Below, piece after piece: positions 16,011-24,810 of a stretch of 32,000 nucleotides of DNA (position 1 is the stretch's first letter; each line of letters begins with the position of its first letter). A program made the position numbers and the translations under genes. Origin of the DNA: Longivirga aurantiaca (GTDB lineage Bacteria > Actinomycetota > Actinomycetes > S36-B12 > CAIYMF01); the NCBI RefSeq assembly GCF_042660085.1, contig NZ_JBHSTI010000008.1, forward strand, positions 600,001 through 632,000. Reading direction: 5' to 3'. The notes beneath the pieces are model-generated. The model ran no database searches, had not been told where the DNA came from, and saw only the letters and a list, made by a program, of their open reading frames with translations.

Positions 16011-17468
16011 TCACTCCGGGATGAAGGACCAGCCGGGCAGGCCCTTCGCCTTGTAGATGAACATGTAGTGGAGCAGGTTCTTCATCCAGTGCCCCGCGAG
16101 CCCGATCTCACCGGTGGTGTCGTCGAGGCTGCGGCCGTAGCCGGGGAAGCGGGCGTAGTCGGGGACGACGGGGTACATCGTCATCGAGGCGGCGGTGCCC
16201 TTCGTGAACCCGGCACCGGCGCTGGCGACGCAGGCTGCGCCCATGTCGGCCATCGAGGCCGTGTGCTCGGGCCTGGTCGCCTTGCCCGTCACCATGTCGG
16301 CGATGCTCTGCGCGACAGCCTTGCCCATGAGCCCCGACGGCATGCCCGTCCGCGGCGGCGCGGGCGAGATGGCCGTGCCCTTCGGGCTCGTGCGCGGTAC
16401 CGAGATCGGGTGGGGCGGGGCGAACGCGATGCCGATGCCGAAGACGTTCGCGTACTTCGGGCTCTGGTACGTGCTCGGCCAGTCCTCGGCCCTGTACTCG
16501 TCGAACTTCTTCGGCGTGTAGTCGGCGTCCACCTTGAGGAACCCGCTCGGCGCGAAGACCTCCGAGCTGATGTCGCTTCCGTCGCGCGCGAACGCCTGCA
16601 GGTCGACGCCGCGGAACGGCGGGAGCAGCATGGCGAAGTCGAAGTCGAGCACGCCGTCGACGCCGTCGAGAGTCTCGTAGTAGAGCCGGCCGTCCTCGAT
16701 CCTCGTCGGGTGCGCACGGGTGATCGAGCGGACGTCGCGCTCGACGAAGAGCGACTCCGTCCAGAGCTGGCTCGTGGTGACGAAGCCCTCCTGCTTGAAG
16801 GTCAGGCCGCCGACGCCGAAGTCGCCGAGCTCGTACTCGTTGGTGAAGTAGACGATCTCGGCGAGGTCGCGCACCCCGGCGGCGCGGAGCTCGTGCTCGA
16901 CGTTGAACGTGTACTCGAACGCCGCGCCCTCGCAGGTGCAGGTGCCGTGGCCGACGCCGATGACCAGGCGCTGCTTCTCGCCGCGCTTGAGCCTGGCGAT
17001 CACCTCGGCGAGGGCCTTGGCGGCCTCCTCGGCGTGGCCGTAGGTGCAGACGGAGTAGGTGTGGCCGTCCGGGCCGAGGCCCGGCGTCGCGCCGAAGTTG
17101 AGCTTGGGCCCGGTGGCGTTGATGACGTAGTCGTACTCGATGCGCTCGACGTGCCCGGTCTTGCCAGGGGCGGTCCACTCGATCTCGACCTTGGGCCTGT
17201 CGGACGAGTCGTCGCCCTCGGGCCACAGCGCCACGGCCTTGGCCTGGTGGTAGGTGATGCCCTTCTTCTTGTAGACCGGTGCGAGCTTGAACGTCACGTC
17301 CTCCGCCGACATCCGGCCGACCCCGACCCAGATGTTGGACGGGATCCAGTTCCAGTTCGAGTTGGGGGAGACCACCACGACCTCGTGCTGCTTGCCCAGC
17401 AGCCGCCGCAGGTGGAGGGCTGCGGTGTGGCCGGAGATCCCGGCTCCCAGGACGACGACGCGTGCCAT
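16011..17468 (-). CDS. sqr: Sulfide:quinone oxidoreductase-like FAD/NAD(P)-binding protein
   Basis: RVVVLGAGISGHTAALHLRRLLGKQHEVVVVSPNSNWNWIPSNIWVGVG..., YDYVINATGPKLNF, CEGAAFEYTFNVEHELR, LLPPFRGVDL. Confidence 0.85.
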   Translation of the reverse strand: MARVVVLGAGISGHTAALHLRRLLGKQHEVVVVSPNSNWNWIPSNIWVGVGRMSAEDVTFKLAPVYKKKGITYHQAKAVALWPEGDDSSDRPKVEIEWTAPGKTGHVERIEYDYVINATGPKLNFGATPGLGPDGHTYSVCTYGHAEEAAKALAEVIARLKRGEKQRLVIGVGHGTCTCEGAAFEYTFNVEHELRAAGVRDLAEIVYFTNEYELGDFGVGGLTFKQEGFVTTSQLWTESLFVERDVRSITRAHPTRIEDGRLYYETLDGVDGVLDFDFAMLLPPFRGVDLQAFARDGSDISSEVFAPSGFLKVDADYTPKKFDEYRAEDWPSTYQSPKYANVFGIGIAFAPPHPISVPRTSPKGTAISPAPPRTGMPSGLMGKAVAQSIADMVTGKATRPEHTASMADMGAACVASAGAGFTKGTAASMTMYPVVPDYARFPGYGRSLDDTTGEIGLAGHWMKNLLHYMFIYKAKGLPGWSFIPE

Positions 17469-17530
17469 GTCTCGTGCTCCTCGACGCAGGTGGCGCAGGC
17501 TGCGTGCGCGGCTCTGCGCACGTCCCGGAC

Positions 17531-17548
17531 CATACCCCCTGGGGTATG
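17531..17548. promoter_or_regulatory. CstR-type operator upstream of sqr
   Basis: CATACCCC-CT-GGGGTATG, 8-bp arms; reverse-strand TATGGT (-10-like) adjoining. Confidence 0.75.
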
Positions 17549-17681
17549 CGGTTAGGACAGCCTCAGGGATGCGCCGACCCCGTGACCTGCCGCACAACCG
17601 GTCCAGCGTCAGCGCCTGAAGACCGCACCGGAGAGGGTCGCACCCCGGTCTGGGGAACGTCGCCCGTGCAGGCCGAGCCGC

Positions 17682-18437
17682 TCAGGCGAGGACGAGCTGG
17701 GCGGTCTGGTACGCCGCGACCACGAGCAGGAGGACGCCGAAGGTCCGCTGCAGCGCCGCCGACGGGATCCGCGGCTGCAGCACCGCGCCGAGCACGGCGC
17801 CGACCGCCGTACCGACCGCGACGACGGCGGTGAGGCCGCCGTCGACGTGCTCGGTGCCGTGGGCGAGGAAGGCCACGGTCACGTTGACGAGGATCACCAC
17901 GAGAGCGGTTGCGCTCGCGCGCCGCATGGGCATCCTGAGCGCCAGCACCAGGGCCGGGACGGCGATGAAGCCGCCGCCGACGCCGAAGAACCCGGTCACG
18001 AGGCCGACACCCGACGCAAGGAGCACGACCACGGCCCAGTTGGGGTCGGGCAGTGGCTTGTCGTCGTCCTCGGGAGAGGACTCGCTGCGTCCTCGCAGCA
18101 TGCCGTACGCGGCCAGGGCGAGGAGCACCACGAAGCCGGCGAGCTGCACCCGGTCGTCCACGGCGAACGCGAGCCGCGACCCCGCGATGGCGCCCGCGGA
18201 GCCCAGCGCACCGAACATGAGCCCGATGACCCAGTCGACGCGCCCGCCGCGGGCATGGGTGGCGAGGCCGGCGGCCGCGCCGACTCCGACGACGACCAGT
18301 GAGGTCGTGGCCGCGGCGTCGAGCGACAGCCCGAGCGCCAGCAGGATCGGCACCGCGAGCACACCGCCGCCGCCTCCGAGCAGGCCCATGACGGCGCCGA
18401 GCGCGAGGCCGGCGGCGACAGGCAGCAGGAGGGGCAC
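17682..18437 (-). CDS. TauE/SafE-family sulfite/sulfonate exporter-type membrane protein
   Basis: LGAVMGLLGGGGGVLAVPILLALGLSLDAAATTSLVVVGVGAAAGL ... GVGLVTGFFGVGGGFIAVPALVLALRMPMRRASATALVVI, duplicated GxGGG halves. Confidence 0.92.
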   Translation of the reverse strand: MPLLLPVAAGLALGAVMGLLGGGGGVLAVPILLALGLSLDAAATTSLVVVGVGAAAGLATHARGGRVDWVIGLMFGALGSAGAIAGSRLAFAVDDRVQLAGFVVLLALAAYGMLRGRSESSPEDDDKPLPDPNWAVVVLLASGVGLVTGFFGVGGGFIAVPALVLALRMPMRRASATALVVILVNVTVAFLAHGTEHVDGGLTAVVAVGTAVGAVLGAVLQPRIPSAALQRTFGVLLLVVAAYQTAQLVLA

Positions 18438-18453
18438 GGGTGGGTGACGACGC

Positions 18454-18798
18454 TCAGGCCACGCGGCCCGGCGCGCCCTGCGCGTCGACGACCGCACCGC
18501 CGGACGCCTGCCATGCGCCCATGCCGCCGGCGACGTTCCAGGCGTCGACCCCCAGCGCGATCAGGTGAGCGGTCGCCGACTTCGAGCGGTTGCCGCTGCG
18601 GCAGACGACGAGAACGCGCTGCCCGGGAGCAGGCGCGAACCCGCCCGACGGCAGATCGCCGAGGGGCACGTGCACGGCGGTCGGAGCGTGTCCGGCCACC
18701 CACTCGGCAGGCTCGCGGACATCGAGCAGGACTGCGCCGTCACCGACGAGGCGCAGGGCCTCCGCGGCGTCGACCGTGGGAAGGGTCTGGTTGTCCAC
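18454..18798 (-). CDS. Single-domain rhodanese-like protein
   Basis: VLLDVREPAEWVAGHAPTAVHVPLGDLP ... QRVLVVCRSGNRSKSATAHLIALGVDAWNVAGGMGAW; active-site loop CRSGNR. Confidence 0.93.
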   Translation of the reverse strand: MDNQTLPTVDAAEALRLVGDGAVLLDVREPAEWVAGHAPTAVHVPLGDLPSGGFAPAPGQRVLVVCRSGNRSKSATAHLIALGVDAWNVAGGMGAWQASGGAVVDAQGAPGRVA

Positions 18799-18806
18799 GT
18801 CGCTCC

Positions 18807-20258
18807 TTAGTCGGCGTACGCCGCACCGAGAGTGGCCTGCGTGACCTGCTCGGCGGGGGTCCAGGCGCGGATCACGCGCGCGGTGGCGATGTCGGCGTCC
18901 AGGTGGACGACGGTGAGGCCTGCACGATCGAGGAGCGACGCCGCGGCCGAGGCGCGGAAGCCTGAGCCGCAGTAGACCCACACCGTCGCGTCGCGACCCG
19001 CGTGAGCTGCGGCACGGGACCAGGTCACGATCTTCTCGACGCTGCCCATGAGCTCGTGCAGGGGTACGTGCCGGGCGCCGGTCACGTGGCCCTCCTGCCA
19101 CTCGGTGCGGCGCCGGGTGTCGATGACGATCAGATCGGGATCGGCGGCGAGGGCCTCGTCGAGCTCGTGGAACTCGGCCCTGCGGTACGACGTGACGTCG
19201 GACGGCGCGAGCGCCCAGTCGCCGGGCTCGCCGTCGTTGAAGGCGGCCGGGCGGTCGATCCCGATCCGGGCGAGCTCGCGCTGCATGGCGGTCACGCGCT
19301 CCGGCGTGTCGCCCAGCAGGGTCAGAGGTGTGCCCCACGGGATCAGCCACCCGAGGTAGGTGACGGCGTTGCCGTCGCCGTCGAAGGAGAGGGTGCCGCG
19401 CAGGTGGCCCTCGGCGAAGACCCGACGTGAGCGCAGGTCGACGACCCACTCGCCGGCGTCCATGCGTCGCCGCAGCTCGGCGGCTTCGGCCCGCTCGGGC
19501 AGGGACAGGTCGATCGGGCCGGGGCCCGCCTGGTTGGCCGGTCCCATGTGCGCGTAGTACGCCGGGTAGGCGTCGAGGCCCGCGATCAGCTCGGCGACGA
19601 ACTCGTCCTCGTCGACCGTGCAGGCCGGGTTGGCCACGGCCTGCTGGCCGATGGTCGACTCGAGCCCGACGGTCGCGCTGGCGCTGCAGAACGAGCCGAA
19701 GCCGTGGGTCGGGAACACGGCGGCGTCGGGCTCGACCTCGGTCGTCAGGCGTCGGACGCTGCGCCACTGCGCGTGCGCGAGTTCGTGCGTGTGGTCCGGG
19801 CCGATGAGGTCGGGACGTCCGACGCTGCCGAACAGCAGCGAGCCGCCGGTGAACGCCGCGGCGTCCTTGCCGTCGACCGCGACGACGTACGAGAGGTGCT
19901 GCGGGGTGTGCCCAGGAGTGTGCACTGTGCGCCAGGCCATCCGCCCGCTCGTGAAGGTCTCACCGTCGCCGAGCTGGGTCGCGTCGTAGTCGAGCGCATA
20001 GCCCGTGGGGACGACGTACACGGCGCCGAGCTGTCGGGCGAGGACGAGTCCGCCCGACACGTAGTCGTTGTGGATGTGGGTCTCCACGACATGCGTCACG
20101 GTGAGCCCGTGCTCGGCGAGCACCGCCTCGACCCGGTCGAGGTCGCGCTGCGGGTCGACGACGACGGCGAGGCCGTCGAGGTGGACCACGTACGAGCGGT
20201 CACCGAGGTTCGGCGTCTCGATGACGACGACGTCGGGCAGGGCGGGCGCCGGGTGCAT
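18807..20258 (-). CDS. MBL-fold persulfide-dioxygenase / pseudo-rhodanese / rhodanese fusion (CstB-like)
   Basis: VVETHIHNDYVSGG, HTPGHTPQHLSYVV, TGGSLLFGSVGRPDL, FPTHGFGSFC; second domain lacks a catalytic Cys; third domain VWVYCGSGFRASAAASLL. Confidence 0.9.
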   Translation of the reverse strand: MHPAPALPDVVVIETPNLGDRSYVVHLDGLAVVVDPQRDLDRVEAVLAEHGLTVTHVVETHIHNDYVSGGLVLARQLGAVYVVPTGYALDYDATQLGDGETFTSGRMAWRTVHTPGHTPQHLSYVVAVDGKDAAAFTGGSLLFGSVGRPDLIGPDHTHELAHAQWRSVRRLTTEVEPDAAVFPTHGFGSFCSASATVGLESTIGQQAVANPACTVDEDEFVAELIAGLDAYPAYYAHMGPANQAGPGPIDLSLPERAEAAELRRRMDAGEWVVDLRSRRVFAEGHLRGTLSFDGDGNAVTYLGWLIPWGTPLTLLGDTPERVTAMQRELARIGIDRPAAFNDGEPGDWALAPSDVTSYRRAEFHELDEALAADPDLIVIDTRRRTEWQEGHVTGARHVPLHELMGSVEKIVTWSRAAAHAGRDATVWVYCGSGFRASAAASLLDRAGLTVVHLDADIATARVIRAWTPAEQVTQATLGAAYAD

Positions 20259-20291
20259 GAGGTCTCGTCTCGTCTCGTGGGGCAGGGAGGG

Positions 20292-20408
20292 TCAGCGGCA
20301 GGTGCAGCGGCGGTCGGTCGACACGTCGGCCATGACGAGATCGACGTGCATGCCGCAGCCGGACCAGGTGACCTTGCCGCAGCGGGAGCAGGTGGCGGGG
20401 CTGCACAT
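20292..20408 (-). CDS. Cys-rich microprotein (38 aa), paralog 2
   Basis: MCSPATCSRCGKVTWSGCGMHVDLVMADVSTDRRCTCR; about 21 of 37 aligned positions identical to paralog 1. Confidence 0.8.
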   Translation of the reverse strand: MCSPATCSRCGKVTWSGCGMHVDLVMADVSTDRRCTCR

Positions 20409-20461
20409 GGGGGTTCCTCCACGAGGTGTCGGGGCGCGAGGAGCGCCGGTGATGGCTCGAG

Positions 20462-20488
20462 AGTATACCCCCGGGGGTATCCGATCAA
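20462..20488 (-). promoter_or_regulatory. CstR-type operator in promoter of microprotein/CstB-like/rhodanese/TauE operon
   Basis: ATACCCCC|GGGGGTAT perfect palindrome (20465..20480); reverse-strand TTGATC (20483..20488), 15 bp, TATACT (20462..20467). Confidence 0.8.
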
Positions 20489-20527
20489 GTCGGGTCCGGG
20501 CCGCCCCGGGTGGGCTCGGGGTGGGGC

Positions 20528-21793
20528 TCATCGGAGCAGGTACCGGTCGACGAAGGCGTTCCCGAAGACGCCCCCGGGGTCGAGCCGGGCACGCAGGTCC
20601 TCGAACTCGCGACGGCGCGGGTAGAGCGAGCGGACGACGTCGGGGTCGGTCGTGAAGACCTTCCCCCAGTGCGGCCGGGCGTCGTACGGCGCGAGCCCGC
20701 GCTCGACTGCGAGGACGGCGGGTGCGACGGCCTCGGCGTCGTCGACCCAGGTGAAGTGGATGCAGACCGTGTCGCGTCCCTGGCACGGGCTGAGCCACAG
20801 GTCGTCGCCCGCCACGGTGCGGACCTCGCTGATCTGGAGCACCGGCGCGACCAGGTGGGCGACGCGCTGCACGGCTTCAAGTGCCTCGCGCGCAACGGAT
20901 CTCGGCACCATGTACTCGGTCTGCAGCTCCGCGCCGGCGCTCGGCGTGAACTCGAGCCGGAAGTGCGGGAGCCGTTCGAACCACGGGCCCGGGACTCCGC
21001 CCTGCTCGGTGCACGCGTCAGCCGCCACGCCGGGCACCGGGTGGCGCGGCGCGTCGGCCGGACGCGACCCGGTCCACCCGAGGTCGGCAGGGTCGCCCCC
21101 GGCTCGTCGCTTCACCCAGACCTGCTCGAACCCGTGCCCGGTCCAGGTGGTGAAGAGGCTCACGCTGTACGCCGCACCCATGACGTCGTCGAAGCGCTCG
21201 ACGGCAGTGCCGAAGGGCAGCCCCTCCCACACCGTCTGCTCCACGTCGTACGACGGCTCGAGGTCGAGGGTCATCGACGTGACGATGCCGAGCGCACCGA
21301 GGGCCACCACGCTGCCGTCGAAGTCTGCGTCGCCCCGCTGGAGGGTGTGCAGCGAGCCGTCGGCGGTGACGAGGTCGAGCGACCTGACGGCGGTGGCGAG
21401 GCAGCCGAGGCCGCTGCCCGACCCGTGCGTGCCGGTGGACGCCGAGCCCGCGACGGAGATGTGCGGCAGCGACCCCATGTTGTGCAGCGCGAGCCCGTGC
21501 GCGTCGACCAGCGGGGCGAGCTCGCCCCAGCGGGTGCCCGCGCTCACCCGTGCCGTGGACGCGACGGCGTCGACCTCGAGCACCCGCGGGAGCGAGTCGA
21601 GGAGCACGAGGGTGCCGTCCGTGTCGGCGACCGGGGAGAACGAGTGCCCGGTGCCCAGGGCACGAACGCGCGCGGTGGAGGCGACGACGTCCCGCAGCTC
21701 GTCGACGGACCGCGGCCGCACGGCGCGCTCCGGCGCGAACGTGACGTTGCGCGCCCAGTTCTGCAGCGGCGCGTCGTACGTCGGTGTCGTCAC
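20528..21793 (-). CDS. FAD-binding alditol/xylitol oxidase family protein
   Basis: NWARNVTFAPERAVRPRSVDELRDVVAS..., RALGTGHSFSPVADT, MGSLPHISVAGSASTGTHGSG, HFTWVDDAEAVAP, PHWGKVFT. Confidence 0.88.
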   Translation of the reverse strand: MTTPTYDAPLQNWARNVTFAPERAVRPRSVDELRDVVASTARVRALGTGHSFSPVADTDGTLVLLDSLPRVLEVDAVASTARVSAGTRWGELAPLVDAHGLALHNMGSLPHISVAGSASTGTHGSGSGLGCLATAVRSLDLVTADGSLHTLQRGDADFDGSVVALGALGIVTSMTLDLEPSYDVEQTVWEGLPFGTAVERFDDVMGAAYSVSLFTTWTGHGFEQVWVKRRAGGDPADLGWTGSRPADAPRHPVPGVAADACTEQGGVPGPWFERLPHFRLEFTPSAGAELQTEYMVPRSVAREALEAVQRVAHLVAPVLQISEVRTVAGDDLWLSPCQGRDTVCIHFTWVDDAEAVAPAVLAVERGLAPYDARPHWGKVFTTDPDVVRSLYPRRREFEDLRARLDPGGVFGNAFVDRYLLR

Positions 21794-21818
21794 CGCTCGA
21801 GCCTAGGCGCGGTGGGGG

Positions 21819-22277
21819 TCAGGGGGCGGAGGTTCCGTCGCGGCCGTAGTCGTCGGCGAGTCGGACGACGTCGTGCTGCCACCCCACGCCGGCCGTCGAG
21901 GCCTCGACGAGCACCACATCGGTCACCGCGGTGATGCGGTGCACGACCGTCGCCGGCACGTGCACCGTGTCGCCCGCGATCATCGTGGTGCGCTCCAGCA
22001 TTCCTGCGGACGGGCCGGCCTCGAACACCATCTCTCCGCTGATGACGCTGATGGTCTCGTCCTTGCGGTGGTGCAGCTGGAGGCTGAGCGAGCGTCCGGC
22101 CAGCACGTGGATGAGCTTGCCCGCGTAGCCGTTGCTGCCGTCGGCGAAGAGGGTCTCGTGGCCCCAGGGCTTGTCCTGCCGGGCGGCCTCGAGGTGCTCG
22201 GCGTCGGGGGCGTCGGGCAGCACGGGCGGGGAGAGGAACGGGTTGTTGCTCGGCCTGAGGCCGTTGGGCATGGTCAT
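21819..22277 (-). CDS. Cupin-domain protein, mannose-6-phosphate isomerase type II-like
   Basis: DKPWGHETLFADGSNGYAGKLIHVLAGRSLSLQLHHRKDETISVISGEMVFEAG. Confidence 0.8.
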   Translation of the reverse strand: MTMPNGLRPSNNPFLSPPVLPDAPDAEHLEAARQDKPWGHETLFADGSNGYAGKLIHVLAGRSLSLQLHHRKDETISVISGEMVFEAGPSAGMLERTTMIAGDTVHVPATVVHRITAVTDVVLVEASTAGVGWQHDVVRLADDYGRDGTSAP

Positions 22278-23797
22278 GAGTGGTCCTCGTCGGTCGTGGG
22301 CGGTGCGGGGGAGGTCGCGAGCTCGGCGAGCAGCGGGTCGAGGTCGACCACGGCGAAGCGGGTGGCGGAGTCGCTGCTGCCGTAGGGCAGCACGAGGTGG
22401 CGACCGTGCAGCAGGGCGCCGCACGAGTAGACGACGTTCGGAACATAGCCGTCGCGCTCGTCGTCGTCCGGGGTGAGCAGCGGCTGGGCGAGGCAGCCGA
22501 GGACCACCGTGGGGTCGTCGAGGTCGAGCAGGATCGCACCGATGCCGTACCGCCGCATCGGGCCGACGCCGTGGGTCAGGACGAGCCAGCCCGCCTCGGT
22601 CTCGATCGGCGGCCCGCAGTTGCCGAGCTGGACGATCTCCCACGGCTCGCGGGGAGTCTGCACGAGCACCGGCTCGTCCCAGTGCTGCAGGTCGTCGGAC
22701 GTCGTGACGCCGTTGCTCTCACGGTCGGCGCGCGACATCGCGACGTACCGCCCGGCGATCTTCCTCGGGAAGAGCGCGAGCCCCTTGTTCCGCGAGCCGG
22801 GGCCGGAGAGGCGCGTGATCGTGAAGGTGCGGAAGTCGCGCGTACGGATCATCTGCGTCGAGATGCGGTCGCCGTCGTACGCCGTGTAGGTGCCGACGTA
22901 GTCCGCCTCGCCGTCAGCGTCAGCGTCAGCCAGGCGGATGAGGCGCACGTCCTCCATGCCCTGGGTCTCGGAGGGACCGCGCGGCATCAGCACGCGCTCC
23001 TGGACATGGGACGACGGCGGGAACTCCACCGTGTACGAGCAGCCCGCGATCCACTCGAACCGGTCGATGGTCCTCCTCGCAGCGCCGCGCGTGAGCCGCT
23101 GGTCGCGCAGGTTCTGGAGGGCGACGTCGAGCTCGTCCCGGCTGAACTCCTCGGGCAGGGCATCGAGGACGAAGTCCGAGTTGGTGCGGTCGCCCCACAT
23201 GTCGACGAGCTGGTTCTCGAAGGCACTGCGCACGTAGCTGGTGGGCCGGGCGTTGGCGAGCACCGCGACCGTAGGAGGCGGGTCGAGCGTGATCTGGCCC
23301 GATGCCGACACGGTGCCGGTGCGCAGCTCGATGCTCGAGATGTGCCCCTCGCCGACGGCGCGGACGGTCATCACGAAGCGGACCGAGCCGATCGGCAGCC
23401 CGGTCTGGTCCGGGTGCAGCGCCATGGACGGGTTGAACAGGGCCGCGCCCTCGACCGAGTACTCCTGGGTGAAGTAGGCGCCGATGAGTCGTCGGCGCGC
23501 GAGGGAGGGAGGCTCGTGGTCGGTGACCCGGTGCTCGAGGAGGGAGAAGTGCGACTCCCAGGTCGACAGCAGGCCGCGATGCCGCGTGCTGAAGGAGTCG
23601 TAGACGGCGCTCAGCTCCTCGTCCACCTCCTCGTCGGTGAGGGCGAGCGCACGATGGATGACGGCCTCGGAGCGGGACACCCCGAGTGCGGCCATCTCCT
23701 GCCCGGGCAGGAACAGCCGTGCGACGACCCGTGACGGGTCGGGACGCAGCACGCTCTCCGTCCGTCTCACCCAGGTGCTGGTGGTCGCGATCGTCAC
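22274..23797 (-). CDS. Glycoside hydrolase family 130-type (mannoside phosphorylase-like) protein
   Basis: QGMEDVRLIRLADADADGEADYVGTYTAYDG, SRNKGLALFPRKIAGRYVAMSRADRE, VLTHGVGPMRRYGIGAILLDLDDPTVVLGCLAQPLLTP, VPNVVYSCGALL. Confidence 0.85.
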   Translation of the reverse strand: MTIATTSTWVRRTESVLRPDPSRVVARLFLPGQEMAALGVSRSEAVIHRALALTDEEVDEELSAVYDSFSTRHRGLLSTWESHFSLLEHRVTDHEPPSLARRRLIGAYFTQEYSVEGAALFNPSMALHPDQTGLPIGSVRFVMTVRAVGEGHISSIELRTGTVSASGQITLDPPPTVAVLANARPTSYVRSAFENQLVDMWGDRTNSDFVLDALPEEFSRDELDVALQNLRDQRLTRGAARRTIDRFEWIAGCSYTVEFPPSSHVQERVLMPRGPSETQGMEDVRLIRLADADADGEADYVGTYTAYDGDRISTQMIRTRDFRTFTITRLSGPGSRNKGLALFPRKIAGRYVAMSRADRESNGVTTSDDLQHWDEPVLVQTPREPWEIVQLGNCGPPIETEAGWLVLTHGVGPMRRYGIGAILLDLDDPTVVLGCLAQPLLTPDDDERDGYVPNVVYSCGALLHGRHLVLPYGSSDSATRFAVVDLDPLLAELATSPAPPTTDEDHS

Positions 23798-24810
23798 GAG
23801 ACGCCTGCCAGCGAGTCGAGCTGGGACAGCTGCACCGTCGCGAGCCAGGCGAGGGTCGACTCGGCGCCCTGGTTCTGGTTGACCGAACCGTCCTCGAGGC
23901 CGTCGTAGCCGCCGCCCGTGGCCTCGTCGCGCACAGGGATCCCGCAGTCGTTGTCGCCCTCGAACCAGCGGGCGCACATCTCGACGGCGCTGGTCCAGCG
24001 GCGGTCGCCCGTGAGCTCGTACGCCGTCCGCGCGGCCTCGGCGAGCGCGGCCACCTCGATGGGCTGCTGGTCGAAGCCCGGTCGTCGGTCGCCGGATGCC
24101 CGGCCGTGCGCCGGCACCATCGAGAGGTGGCCCAGGTGCGTCTGCTCCTCGACGAGCCAGGTGAGCAGCCGGAGCCCGTCCGCCTCGAGGTCGTGCGCCT
24201 CGAGGTGCCGACCGATGGCCAGCATGGCCTGGGGCAGGACGGCGTTGGCGTACGTCAGGCGCTCGTACGGCCACGGCCAGGTGACGTCGACCAGCGCAGG
24301 TCGCAGCAGGCGTCGGGCGTCGAGCATGATCCGGCGGCACTGCAGGTCGTCGGGTGCCACGGTGAGCAGCTGCGCCGCACCGAGCGCGGCGTAGGCCATC
24401 GACCGCGGGTGCGGCGAGCGTGCGCCCATGGCGGTCGCCGCCGCGATGCGTGCAGCACCGGCGAGCAACGTGTCGTCGAGGTGCGCGGCCGCGGTGCCGA
24501 GCGCGTGCAGCGCGCGGCCCCAGTGGTCGTCGGTCGACGCGTCGTCGCCCCAGGTGCCGTCGGGGTTGCGACGGTTGTGCATCGCGCCGTCGTCGTGGAG
24601 GGCCGCCTCGAGGAAGGCGAGGTAGGTGCGCGTCATGGTGCGCACCTCGTCGGTGGGCTTCTCGATGCGGGCGACGACCACGAGGGCCCGGGCGACGTCG
24701 TCGACGCACATGCCGTGCTCGGTGCGCGGCTCGGTGCCGAGCGCGTGCTCCCAGAGGCCGGTGCGCGTGGTCAGGTGGGCGAGGTGCCCGAGCTGGAGGG
24801 TGCGGGGCAT
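23794..24810 (-). CDS. Six-hairpin (alpha/alpha-barrel)-like protein, often annotated glycosyltransferase
   Basis: HLAHLTTRTGLWEHALGTEPRTEHGMCVDDVARALVVVAR ... MHNRRNPDGTWGDDASTDDHWGRALHALG; GTGA/TGATG couplings to neighbours. Confidence 0.75.
   Translation of the reverse strand: MPRTLQLGHLAHLTTRTGLWEHALGTEPRTEHGMCVDDVARALVVVARIEKPTDEVRTMTRTYLAFLEAALHDDGAMHNRRNPDGTWGDDASTDDHWGRALHALGTAAAHLDDTLLAGAARIAAATAMGARSPHPRSMAYAALGAAQLLTVAPDDLQCRRIMLDARRLLRPALVDVTWPWPYERLTYANAVLPQAMLAIGRHLEAHDLEADGLRLLTWLVEEQTHLGHLSMVPAHGRASGDRRPGFDQQPIEVAALAEAARTAYELTGDRRWTSAVEMCARWFEGDNDCGIPVRDEATGGGYDGLEDGSVNQNQGAESTLAWLATVQLSQLDSLAGVS

Noticed and set aside
16011-17468. Calling the FAD protein a plain NADH dehydrogenase (Ndh)
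   Set aside because: Neighbouring CstR-type operator, CstB-like fusion, rhodanese and the sequence pattern favour the SQR branch; an activity test would decide.
15837-17555. 572-aa plus-strand ORF antisense to sqr
   Set aside because: Composition shadow of the GC-rich coding strand; no recognisable domain, while the opposite frame has clear FAD-binding and SQR-like motifs.
22274-24709. 811-aa minus-strand ORF as a single protein
   Set aside because: Only the part from GTG 23797 is GH130-like; the upstream extension overlaps the 23794..24810 gene in another frame.
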